A stretch of DNA of 64,000 nt, taken from the NCBI GenBank assembly GCA_963805625.1, contig CAWDVE010000010.1, positions 896,001 through 960,000 of the forward strand, read 5' to 3'. The notes below the pieces were generated by a model. It did not search any database, was not told where the DNA came from, and saw nothing but the letters and a program-made list of their open reading frames with translations. Below, in pieces: positions 18,633 through 27,468 of the stretch. The translations under genes and the position numbers were made by a program. The stretch is from an uncultured Candidatus Rokubacteria bacterium (lineage in GTDB: Bacteria > Methylomirabilota > Methylomirabilia > Rokubacteriales > DASRDR01). Within the stretch, counting starts at the first letter, position 1; each line of letters begins with the position of its first letter.

Positions 18633-19386
18633 GCTGCTTGAGCACCTGCCAGATCTCGTCCACGGCGTCCAGGTAGCCCTTGTCGCGGCGGATCTCGTCG
18701 GGGCTCCGGCGCCCCCGGTCCACGCTTGGCTGGACCACCCGGTGGACCGTCCCCGGTCGGGGTGTCAGCAGCACGATCTGGTCGGACAGGTAGACGGCCT
18801 CCTCGATGCTGTGGGTCACGAAAATCACCGTCTTCCCACGGTCGCGGAGGAGGAGCAGGAGGTCCTCCTGGAACTTTCGCCGGGTCTGCTCGTCGACGGC
18901 CGAGAACGGCTCGTCCATGAGGATGATCTCGGCGTCCACCGCCAGGGCCCGCGCGAGCCCCACGCGCTGCCGCATCCCGCCGGAGAGCTGGTGCGGGTAG
19001 CTCTGCTCGAATCCGGCGAGGCCAACCTCGGCGGTCCAGCGGCGCGCCGTCTCCTCGCGCGCCTCGCGCGGCTCGCCGCGCAGCTCCAGGCCGAACGCCA
19101 CGTTCCGGAGCACGGTGGCCCAGGGGAGCAGCGCGAAGTCCTGGAAGACGAACGCCCGCTCCGGGCCCGGGCCCTCGACGCGCCGCCCCCCGACCCGCAC
19201 CTCGCCGACCGTCGGCTGGATCAGGCCCGCGACGATCTTCAGCAGCGTGGTCTTGCCGCACCCGCTGGGGCCCAGGAGCGTGGTCAGCCGCCCCCTCGGG
19301 AAGGTGACGGCAACGTCCCGGAGGGCTTCGACGCCCGTCGCGTACCGTTTGCCCACCCCGCGAACCTCGACCGCCGCGTCGGTCAT
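18622..19386 (-). CDS. Nitrate/sulfonate-type ABC ATP-binding protein
   Basis: GPSGCGKT, LSGGMRQR, LMDEPFS, FVTHSIEEA. Confidence 0.95.
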   Translation of the reverse strand: MTDAAVEVRGVGKRYATGVEALRDVAVTFPRGRLTTLLGPSGCGKTTLLKIVAGLIQPTVGEVRVGGRRVEGPGPERAFVFQDFALLPWATVLRNVAFGLELRGEPREAREETARRWTAEVGLAGFEQSYPHQLSGGMRQRVGLARALAVDAEIILMDEPFSAVDEQTRRKFQEDLLLLLRDRGKTVIFVTHSIEEAVYLSDQIVLLTPRPGTVHRVVQPSVDRGRRSPDEIRRDKGYLDAVDEIWQVLKQHVG

Positions 19387-19390
19387 GTCG

Positions 19391-20149
19391 TCAGCCCCGA
19401 ATCTCCGGCGGGAAGATCCGCCGCTCGACGCGTTCCAGGCCGTGGATCGTCAGCGCCCCGAGCGCGATGATCGAGGCGATCGCCGCGAACATCTCCGGGT
19501 AGTCGGCCACTGACGAATGATAGGTGATCAGGTCGCCGATGCCCGTGGGCGTGATCAGGAGCTCGGCGATCACGACCCCGATGAACCCCATCGCCACCCC
19601 CAGGCGGAGCCCCACGAAGATGAGCCCTCCCGCGTGCGGCAGGACGATCTTCCACACCGCTTGCCGACGCGTCCCGAGGAACGCCCGGCACATCTCAAGG
19701 AGCGACGGCGAGGTGTTGCGGATCCCCTTGTACGAGTTCATCGCGATCACGGGAACCGCCAGGACGGTCACCGCCAGAACCTTGGCGGTCAGGCCGATGC
19801 CGTACACGTACGTGATCATGGGGATGATCGCGGCCATCGGGGCGGCCTGGGCGATCACGAACAGCGGCAAGGTCAGCCACTCCACCGAGCGGCTCAGGCC
19901 CATGGCCACCCCGGCCCCGACCCCCAGCGTCGCCGAGATGGCGACGCCGATCACGAGCGGCTGGAGCGTGGACGCGTATGCTCGCACGAACGAGCCGTCC
20001 AGAGTCATCCGCCCGAACGCCAGCGCGGTCTGGCTGAACGGGGGAAAAGCGGGGCTCACGGGCCACCGCCCCGCCCATTCCCAGGCCGCGAAGGCGAGCA
20101 GGAACGACGCGCCGACCCAGAAGGCCCGGCGCGCCGTCCAGTCCGTCAC
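19391..20149 (-). CDS. Nitrate/sulfonate-type ABC permease
   Basis: TM segments; EMCRAFLG...KIVLP...GLRLG; AELLITPTGIG. Confidence 0.9.
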   Translation of the reverse strand: MTDWTARRAFWVGASFLLAFAAWEWAGRWPVSPAFPPFSQTALAFGRMTLDGSFVRAYASTLQPLVIGVAISATLGVGAGVAMGLSRSVEWLTLPLFVIAQAAPMAAIIPMITYVYGIGLTAKVLAVTVLAVPVIAMNSYKGIRNTSPSLLEMCRAFLGTRRQAVWKIVLPHAGGLIFVGLRLGVAMGFIGVVIAELLITPTGIGDLITYHSSVADYPEMFAAIASIIALGALTIHGLERVERRIFPPEIRG

Positions 20150-20156
20150 GCGCGGA

Positions 20157-21149
20157 TCAGGATCCCAGGCGCCCCAGCGCCGCCTTGAGCGGCGCGAAGT
20201 ACCAGAAGTCCGCGGCCTTTACCCCGTCGCCCTTGATCTGACCGGCCAGGGCGAAGAACTCGAGGTCGTTGGCCGCGGCCCGCTCGCCGCCACCGTCCCC
20301 GGGGAAGATCCCGCCCTGAACGCCTTCCTGGTAATAAGGCAGGACCTCCGCCTCCATCTTCTCGGGCAGGTCCTTCAGCAACCCGAGGCGCTTCCGCTCC
20401 TCGACGGCGAAGGCCGGATTCGCGTTGATCGCGCGCGTCGCCTTCAGCAGCTCCTCCACGAGCACCGCGACCCCCGCCTGGTTCTTCTCGAGGAAGGCCG
20501 TGGTCGCGAAGAGCGCCTCGTCGCTCGCCTTGAGCTCACCGAGGGGCAGGATCACGAACCGGTCCGGCGCCTCCTTCATGACGTAACTCTTGTTCGGCGC
20601 GTCCAGGATCGTCGCCTTGATCGTGCCCTTCAACAGGGCGAGGGCCCGAACCTGCGATCCCGGCACGTAGCTGATGCTCTTGTACGTGATACCGTGCTGC
20701 TTGGCGGCCAGGACCATGATGGCCTCGGTCCCAGAGCCGCGGGCGTGGACCGCCAGATCCTGACCGTCGAGGTCTTTCCACGTCTTGTAATGCTCCTTGC
20801 TGACGATCGGGAAGAACTGCAGGGTGCTGAGCTGGTAGAAGAACCGGATCGGCACCGTGACCTTCTGAAGCGCCGCATAGGGCGTCCCCTGGCCGACGTC
20901 GGCCTGCCCGTTGATGACGGCCTGGGTGGCGATCTCCTCGCTCTTGAACGGGGTGATCTCGACCTCGACCCCGCGGGCCTTGGACCGCTCCGCCGCGATC
21001 AGAAGCGGCAGGTCGTCGATCCCGACGACGTCGCCCAGCGCGTAGCGGATCTTCGTAGTCCCCTGGGCAGAAACGCTCCCGGCCATGATGCCGAGCACCC
21101 CGGCCAGGGCAATGACGGCGATGGACAACCGGCGGGTCCGCACTCGCAT
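20157..21149 (-). CDS. ABC substrate-binding protein (SsuA/NMT1-like)
   Basis: Signal peptide, GGAGG RBS, first gene of the ABC operon; KTWKDLDG.DLAVHARGSG. Confidence 0.85.
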   Translation of the reverse strand: MRVRTRRLSIAVIALAGVLGIMAGSVSAQGTTKIRYALGDVVGIDDLPLLIAAERSKARGVEVEITPFKSEEIATQAVINGQADVGQGTPYAALQKVTVPIRFFYQLSTLQFFPIVSKEHYKTWKDLDGQDLAVHARGSGTEAIMVLAAKQHGITYKSISYVPGSQVRALALLKGTIKATILDAPNKSYVMKEAPDRFVILPLGELKASDEALFATTAFLEKNQAGVAVLVEELLKATRAINANPAFAVEERKRLGLLKDLPEKMEAEVLPYYQEGVQGGIFPGDGGGERAAANDLEFFALAGQIKGDGVKAADFWYFAPLKAALGRLGS

Positions 21150-21225
21150 GGCTTCCCTCCTCGTGACGATGTGGATCCGTCGAGCCGCCGCGACCCTCCG
21201 GCGGCGGCTGGTGAGACCGCGACTC

Positions 21226-21912
21226 CTAGACGACGCGCACCGTGAGCGTCCCTACGCCCTCGACGGCGCCCTTCAGCACGTCACCCCGCTCGACCGGGCC
21301 CACGCCGGCCGGGGTGCCCGTGAAGATGAGGTCGCCCGGCGCCAGCGTGAAGAGCGTGGAGAGGTAGGCGATCATCTCCGGGATCTTCCAGATCAGCTGG
21401 GCCAGATCCCCGCGCTGTCGCGTCGCCCCGTTGACCTCCAGCCAGACGGCGCCCTTCGTGGGGTGGCCGATCTCCGACGCGCGACGAACGGCGGAGCAGG
21501 GCGCCGAGCCGTCGAATGCCTTGCCGGTGTCCCACGGCCGGCCCATCTTCTTCGCCTCCGCCTGGAGGTCCCGCCGGGTCATGTCGAGCCCCACGGCGTA
21601 GCCGTACACGAGGTCCAGGCCGCGTGCGGCGGGAACCTCGGCGCCTCCCGAGCCCAGCGCGACGACGAGCTCGAGCTCATGGTGCACGTCCGAGCTGTGC
21701 GAGGGATACGCGAAGTCCTTCCCGTCGGTGACGATGGCGTCCGCGGGCTTCATGAAGAAGAACGGCGGCTCGCGGTCGGGATCGTGGCCCATCTCCCGCG
21801 CGTGCTCGGCGTAGTTGCGGCCCACGCAGTAGATCCGATGGACGGGGAAACACCCGCGGGTACCCTCGACGGCCAGGGAGGGGGTCGGCGGTACAGGAAT
21901 CACGTACTCCAT
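21226..21912 (-). CDS. Fumarylacetoacetate hydrolase family (fumarylpyruvate hydrolase-like)
   Basis: [48 protein letters not shown]. Confidence 0.93.
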   Translation of the reverse strand: MEYVIPVPPTPSLAVEGTRGCFPVHRIYCVGRNYAEHAREMGHDPDREPPFFFMKPADAIVTDGKDFAYPSHSSDVHHELELVVALGSGGAEVPAARGLDLVYGYAVGLDMTRRDLQAEAKKMGRPWDTGKAFDGSAPCSAVRRASEIGHPTKGAVWLEVNGATRQRGDLAQLIWKIPEMIAYLSTLFTLAPGDLIFTGTPAGVGPVERGDVLKGAVEGVGTLTVRVV

Positions 21913-22011
21913 GCGGCTCCTCCAGGAAATGGTCGGCCGAGGCCTCGGCGGGGCTCTCCATTCATTATCATATTGCCTGGCCCAGCGCGCCAGAGCGCCG
22001 GACGGCTGGCG

Positions 22012-22489
22012 CTACTTCCGGGTCGGGACCGCGCGCAGCTCCTCGACGGTCTTCCGCGTCTTCCAGGCGGCCAAGTCGCCATCGTCAAAGAGGAGCTCCA
22101 CGCCGTACCTCTGATAAACCCAGATATCCAAGGGACGCCGCCCTTCCAATACGCTCCCTCGCGTTTCGCGACCCCACTGCGCCTCCAACTCGCGATCGGA
22201 GCCGATCGGTATCACCCGATCCGGCTCTCCCCATCGATTCCGGAAGGCCTTCTGACCGATGTCCACGCGAAGGAGCCCTTGCTCGAGCGACTGCAGTCCG
22301 CTACCGGCCGCGTACGGCTCGGCCGTCGTCTGCGGTTGGGGAATCACCCGGAGTTGATCGACGCTGCGATCCGTCGCGAAGTGATAGCTGACCGCCCGAA
22401 GCGCACGCCGCCAGAGCGCCCATCAGCACGATGAGGAGCGTCTGGCGGACATCCGGACATCGGGTCCGGCACGGACTCGCGAATTCCAT
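22012..22489 (-). pseudogene. Hypothetical lipoprotein split by a 1-nt frameshift near 22396
   Basis: GGAGG RBS, ATG 22489, signal peptide with lipobox LAAC. Removing one base of the CCC at 22395-22397 joins it to the 22012..22347 ORF (CASAVSYHFATDRSVDQLRVIPQP...). Confidence 0.55.
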
Positions 22490-22584
22490 GGACCCTCCGG
22501 TTGCTACGAGTGGGTGTCCGCCTTGGCCCGATTCGGCGCCACCACTATCGCACACACCAGGCAGCCAGGGGGCGTCGGGTAGCG

Positions 22585-23379
22585 CTACCGGGCGGGCTCC
22601 TTCCCTCGGAGCACGCCGAGATACTCCACGATCGCGCGCCGGGCCAAGCCTCCGAAGTTCATGGTGATCAGCCGCACGCCGCGCTGGCTCATGGCCCGTG
22701 CCTCGTCTCCGGTCGCCGCCGGGTACATCACGACCTTCCCCGCCCCGAGCGTGAGGTCGATTGCCCGGTCGACCAGCCGCCGCACCTCGGGGTGCATAGT
22801 GGCCCCGCCAAAGTACTGGCGCCCGAGGGTGAGCGCCATGTCGCCGGCCCCGACGAAGCAGCCGTCCAGGCCATCGACCCGGAGGATCTCCGGCAAGGCC
22901 TCGACGGCGCGCGGCTCCTCGATGAGCCCGAGGCACAGTACCTCGCGATCCGACTGCTCGAGGTGCTCGAGCGGCGTCTGGGTGAAGCCGTAGCCCGCCG
23001 CCCTGCTTGAGCTCGCCGCGCCGCGGATCCCCCGCGGCGGGTATCGGCACGCGCGGACAAGCCCTTCGGCATCGGCCGCGTTGTTACAGTGCGGGAGGAT
23101 GAGGCCCTCAACGCCAGCGTCGAGGTAGCGGAGAAGCAGCGAAGGTTCGCCGTTCGGGACGCGCAGGAGCGCTGTCGCGCCCGCGCCCTGGGCGGCGCGG
23201 GCCAGGTTGCGGACCCCCTGAGGATCGACGCCGGCGTGCTCACCGTCCGCGATCAGGAAGTCGAAGCCCGCAAACGCGCAGAATTCGAATAGCTCCGGCG
23301 ACCAGAACTCCTGGAACAGCGGCCCCACGCACGTCTGGCCACCGGCGAGCTTCTCGCGGAGTCGGTTCGGGCGCGCCAT
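22585..23379 (-). CDS. HpcH/HpaI aldolase family protein
   Basis: GFDFLIADGEH, RYPPRGIRG, IEE, FVGAGDMA. Start set to MARPNRLREKL. Confidence 0.9.
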   Translation of the reverse strand: MARPNRLREKLAGGQTCVGPLFQEFWSPELFEFCAFAGFDFLIADGEHAGVDPQGVRNLARAAQGAGATALLRVPNGEPSLLLRYLDAGVEGLILPHCNNAADAEGLVRACRYPPRGIRGAASSSRAAGYGFTQTPLEHLEQSDREVLCLGLIEEPRAVEALPEILRVDGLDGCFVGAGDMALTLGRQYFGGATMHPEVRRLVDRAIDLTLGAGKVVMYPAATGDEARAMSQRGVRLITMNFGGLARRAIVEYLGVLRGKEPAR

Positions 23380-23390
23380 GGGTCGTGCGC

Positions 23391-24398
23391 CTATCCGGAC
23401 AGACGCGCGCGCAGGTCGCGCACCGTATAGCGACCGGGGCGCTCCCGCAACCGGGCCATCTCGGTGATGAGCTCGAGCAGGAGCCGGCTGTAGGGCGTGG
23501 GCACGCCGTGCGCGTCGCCGAGTCTCACGATCTCGCCGTTGAACCAGTCCGCTTCGACCTGGCCGCCCCCGTGATAGAGGTCCTGCCAGAGCGACGGCCG
23601 GTGCTTGGGCTCCTCCTCGGCCGGCACGGTCACCCCCGTCACGGGCCCGCGGAGGTCCTGGATGCGCTTCTCCACCGAGCCGAGACCCGGTGGTCCCTCG
23701 AACCGGATGCCGGCCGCGCGCAGGACGCGGACGCCCTCGTCGTAGACGTCGGCCATCCAGGCGCGCACTTCCGGGTCGGACTGGGCCTCCTGACCTGACA
23801 GGCCGAGCAGCCCGAAGGTGGCGTTGTTGAGGTTGACCGCCATCTTGTTCCACTTGTGAACGGCGATCTCTTCGGTCGTGTACGAGGGAATGTCGGTCTT
23901 CGCGACGGCCTGGGCCACCTCTCGCGCCGCGTCGGAGAGGCCAGACGGCCAAGTCCCGAAGCCGAGCAGGCCCGCGCTCGTGTGGACGACCTCCCCCGCC
24001 ACGAGACGCTTCGCGCCGATCATCACCATGACCCCGTGCACCGCCCGGAAGTAGCGCGCCGCCATCTCCTCGTTCCGGATTCCGTTCTGGGCGCAGAAGA
24101 TCGGCAGATCGAGCGGGGTCACCCGCCGGAGCGCGTGCATCGTCGCGTCGGTGTGGTAGGACTTGACGGAGCAGACGACGATGTCACCGTCGCGGAAGGA
24201 AACGGCTCCGACATCGGTCACAGCCGGGACACGCAGGATGTGGTGACCGTGGACGCCGCGCAGGTGGAGGCCGTGCCGGTTGATCGCCTCCATGTGCTCC
24301 CGAAGCGGGTCCACGAAGACCACGTCGAATCCGGCCTTGGCGAGCTGGCCGCCCACCACACCGCCGATGGCACCAGCCCCGAGCATCACGAAGCGCAT
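23391..24398 (-). CDS. Ketopantoate reductase (PanE/ApbA) family protein
   Basis: GAGAIGG, VKSY, QNG, KWNKMAVN, SLWQDL, EADWFNGEIV. Confidence 0.88.
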   Translation of the reverse strand: MRFVMLGAGAIGGVVGGQLAKAGFDVVFVDPLREHMEAINRHGLHLRGVHGHHILRVPAVTDVGAVSFRDGDIVVCSVKSYHTDATMHALRRVTPLDLPIFCAQNGIRNEEMAARYFRAVHGVMVMIGAKRLVAGEVVHTSAGLLGFGTWPSGLSDAAREVAQAVAKTDIPSYTTEEIAVHKWNKMAVNLNNATFGLLGLSGQEAQSDPEVRAWMADVYDEGVRVLRAAGIRFEGPPGLGSVEKRIQDLRGPVTGVTVPAEEEPKHRPSLWQDLYHGGGQVEADWFNGEIVRLGDAHGVPTPYSRLLLELITEMARLRERPGRYTVRDLRARLSG

Positions 24399-24522
24399 CG
24401 ACCCTCCTATAGCTTCCGGACCGTCACTCGGCGCACATCACGCCGCGGCAACGGCACGAAGAGCGACGTGGGCTGATCGTCCAATGGTGGGGGTGAGTGG
24501 CGCTGGGCACCCGCCGCGCCTC

Positions 24523-26625
24523 CTACGACCGCCGGACCCAGACCGCCGTGTCGTGGAACACGGCTCCCCCGTTCGGGTACCCGGGCTCGGCGCTCGTCAG
24601 CGCGTTGATGCCGATGCCGCCCTCGAAGTGCTTGTTCGGCCAGATCCCCTCGACCACGACCACACCGCGCTGCTGGCCCTCGCGCGGCCGGGCGTGGGCC
24701 ACGACCACCCCGCGCTCGTTGCCGAGAGTGACGCGGTCGCCCTCGGCCACGCCGAGCGCGACGCAGTCGTCGGGGTTCATGAGCGCCGTGGGGCGCCGCT
24801 CCCGGGCGAGCGAGCCGGGGGTCTCGGTGAAAGTCGAGTTGAGGAACGTTCGGGCCGGCGCTGCCACCAGCCGGAAGGGCTTCTCGGCCGTGGCCTGATC
24901 GATCACGTCGAAGTGGTCCGGCAGCCTCGGCATCTTCGACCCGCGGCCGCCGAAGCTGTCCCAGTCTGGCTTGAAGCGGAACCTTCCATCCGGCCACTTA
25001 AAGCCCCGCAGGAAATGAGCTTCCTCGAACGGTAAAGCCATGTCCTGACCGCCTCGATCCACGTTGGCCTGGGCGTCCCACATGCCCGAGCGCTGGAGCG
25101 TCCGGTCCATGATCTCCCACGCGGTCATCCCGAAGCCCGGGTGCTCGGCCCCGAGCCGGCGGGCGAGCTCGGAGATCACGACGTGGTTCTCCCGGCATTC
25201 CCCCGGCGGCTCGACCACCTTCCGGGCCACCTGGAAGTACGTGTGCCCGCTCGCCGTGTAGAAGTCGTCGTGCTCGAGGAACATCGTGGCCGGGAGCACC
25301 ACGTCGGCGTAGGCCGCGGTCTCGGTCAGGAACTGCTCGTGCACGCAGAGGAACAGATCTTCACGCGCGAGACCTCGGTGGACCAGGTGGAGCTCGGGGC
25401 ACACCATCGCGGGGTTCGTGTTCTGGACGAGCATCGCGGTCACCGGCGGGCCGCCCCGGAGCGCCTCGGGGTCGCCGGTCAGGATCGGCCCCAGACGCGA
25501 CTGATCGAGAGCGCGAATCGTCGCGTCCACCCGGTCGAGACCCTCGATGAGGGTGCGGTCGAGCGGGTAGAGGGCGGTCTGTCCGTAGAGCGCCCCGCCG
25601 CCCGGGTACTGCCACGCCCCCGTCACCGCCGGAAGGCAGGACACCGCGTGCATGCTGGCTGCGCCGTTGCGAGAGCGGCTGAAGCCGTGATGGCAGCGGA
25701 TGAAGCTCCGCTTGCTCCGGCCGTACAGTCGAGCGAACGCGACGATCTCGTCGACCGGCAGCCCGGTGATCTCGGCAGCCCAGGCGGGCGTCCGCGTCCG
25801 GAGGTGCGCCGCCAGCTCGTCCGGAGCGTCGGTGTACCGGCGCATGTACGGCCAGTCCGCATAGCCCTCGGCGAAGAGGACGTGCATCACGGCGCACGCA
25901 AGCGCCCCGTCAGTGCCCGGACGGAGGGCCAGGTGCACGTCGGCGCGCTCCGCCGTGCCCGTCCGATATGGATCCACGACGACCAGTCGGGCGCCCCGCC
26001 GTTGCGCGCGAATGACGTGGGTCATGACGTTGACCTGGGTATTGACGGGATTCCCGCCCCAGATCACGACGAGCTCCGAGTGCTCGCCCACCTCTCGGAG
26101 GTCCACACCGCGCTTGGCGCCGACCCCGGCGATCCACCCCGTGTCCGACAGCGTGACGCAGATCGTCGAGTACCAGCGGGAGTAGCCCATGACGTGGCGC
26201 AGGCGGTTGATGCCGTCCCGCTGCACCAGTCCCATGGTGCCCGCGTAGAAGTACGGCCAGACGGTCTCGAGGCCGTGGCGGGCCGCCTTCTCGGTGAACG
26301 CCTCCGCGACGCGATCGAGCGCCTCCCCCCAGGAGATCCGGGCGAACTGGCCCGAGCCCTTCGGCCCCACGCGCCGAAGCGGATGGAGCAGGCGGTCGGG
26401 GTGGTGAACGCGCTCGGCGTAGCGCCCCACCTTCTCGCAGATGACGCCGGCCGTGTACGTGTTCCGCGTGGACCCTCGCACCCGCCCGATCGTGTGGGCG
26501 TCCAGGCGCTCCACGTCGAGCGCGCACGTGCTCGTGCAGTCGTGTGGGCAGACCGAGGGAACGAGCGCGATCGCGCCCCGGCCACCCCTCCCGGCCGCGC
26601 GCGCGCTCAGATCGTTCGTGAGCAT
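24523..26625 (-). CDS. Molybdopterin-dependent oxidoreductase (DMSO reductase superfamily, cytoplasmic)
   Basis: CPHDCTSTC...ICEK Fe-S motif, HPDRLLHPL, DVVLPATMFLE, C-terminal molybdopterin-dinucleotide domain. Start set by the adjacent promoter. Confidence 0.9.
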   Translation of the reverse strand: MLTNDLSARAAGRGGRGAIALVPSVCPHDCTSTCALDVERLDAHTIGRVRGSTRNTYTAGVICEKVGRYAERVHHPDRLLHPLRRVGPKGSGQFARISWGEALDRVAEAFTEKAARHGLETVWPYFYAGTMGLVQRDGINRLRHVMGYSRWYSTICVTLSDTGWIAGVGAKRGVDLREVGEHSELVVIWGGNPVNTQVNVMTHVIRAQRRGARLVVVDPYRTGTAERADVHLALRPGTDGALACAVMHVLFAEGYADWPYMRRYTDAPDELAAHLRTRTPAWAAEITGLPVDEIVAFARLYGRSKRSFIRCHHGFSRSRNGAASMHAVSCLPAVTGAWQYPGGGALYGQTALYPLDRTLIEGLDRVDATIRALDQSRLGPILTGDPEALRGGPPVTAMLVQNTNPAMVCPELHLVHRGLAREDLFLCVHEQFLTETAAYADVVLPATMFLEHDDFYTASGHTYFQVARKVVEPPGECRENHVVISELARRLGAEHPGFGMTAWEIMDRTLQRSGMWDAQANVDRGGQDMALPFEEAHFLRGFKWPDGRFRFKPDWDSFGGRGSKMPRLPDHFDVIDQATAEKPFRLVAAPARTFLNSTFTETPGSLARERRPTALMNPDDCVALGVAEGDRVTLGNERGVVVAHARPREGQQRGVVVVEGIWPNKHFEGGIGINALTSAEPGYPNGGAVFHDTAVWVRRS

Positions 26626-26631
26626 GCGTCG

Positions 26632-26661
26632 AGGATACCGTCCGGGCCCAGGCTCTGACAA
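26632..26661 (-). promoter_or_regulatory. Putative leaderless sigma70 promoter TTGTCA-N18-TATCCT-N6-ATG
   Basis: Read on the minus strand directly upstream of ATG 26625. Confidence 0.55.
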
Positions 26662-26714
26662 TCGCGGAACGCCGCGCCGTGGTGCGACGCCGCCTGAAGG
26701 CCCTCCGGGCGAGT

Positions 26715-27368
26715 TCACCGGGCAGTCTCGCGTGGATCCAGCCAGAGAGCGAGGGCGGACTGGAGCCCGATGGCCGCGAGCGAGGTGGCGGCCATGGCGC
26801 GCGCGCTCGGAGGGGGCGTCGTGGCCAGCCCGCCCGCAACCGTCAGCAGCGCCCATAGCGTCACGACACCGCCGAGGCCCCATCGCGCCCCGCCGCGCGC
26901 TGGCCTCGGGGATCCGAGATAGATCCACCATCCGAGGCCGCCGATCACGCACTCGACGGCGAGCTCGAGGCCGGTGTGACGCCACAGGCCGAGCCCGAGC
27001 CGGTAGGAACCCGGTCCCAGCAGAGGGAGCCCCGCGACGTGGACCAGCGCGTCCAGGAGGAAATGCGAGAAGACGGTGGCCGCGACCACCACCCCGGCTC
27101 TCGCATTCCACCCGCACGCGCGGGCGACGCCGAAGGCGGCGGCCGACCAGGAGAGGCTGGCGATCAGCCCGTGCGAGTAGGGGAAGGTGAACGTGAGGTA
27201 GTGCACCTCCCCGAAGTTCGCTGGGACGTGAACCTCTTCGAGACCCAGCAGGACGAAGATCCAGAGGAGGACGTCCAGCAGCATGGCGGCGAGGAACAGC
27301 ACCCCGAGGCTGAGCCGCGGCGCCATCCGCTTCGCCGCCAGGCCGGCACCCAGATGGCCCACGAACAT
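26715..27368 (-). CDS. Membrane protein, putative metal-dependent hydrolase
   Basis: MFVGH, LLD, YSHGL, SHFLLDALVH in a multi-TM protein. TATTAT lies 6 nt upstream of the ATG. Confidence 0.8.
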   Translation of the reverse strand: MFVGHLGAGLAAKRMAPRLSLGVLFLAAMLLDVLLWIFVLLGLEEVHVPANFGEVHYLTFTFPYSHGLIASLSWSAAAFGVARACGWNARAGVVVAATVFSHFLLDALVHVAGLPLLGPGSYRLGLGLWRHTGLELAVECVIGGLGWWIYLGSPRPARGGARWGLGGVVTLWALLTVAGGLATTPPPSARAMAATSLAAIGLQSALALWLDPRETAR

Positions 27369-27431
27369 TGCGCCATAATAGCCCCGCGGACTCGCCGGGG
27401 ATCGGGGTTCGATCGTGACCTCCACCCTGCC

Positions 27432-27460
27432 TTGACAGGGAGCAGTGCTCCGGTCACGGT
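27432..27460 (+). promoter_or_regulatory. Putative promoter TTGACA-N17-CACGGT with an inverted repeat GGAGCA-G-TGCTCC in the spacer
   Basis: Perfect -35 at 27432-27437, palindrome at 27439-27451, GTG start 8 nt after the weak -10. Confidence 0.45.
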
Positions 27461-27468
27461 AGGCGACG

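Noticed and set aside
26626-27117. Long N-terminal extensions given by the ORF track (also 36324-36692, 47477-47776, 10254-10733)
   Set aside because: They are low-complexity, overlap neighbouring genes or promoters, and better starts with an RBS, -10 box or family-typical N-terminus lie downstream.
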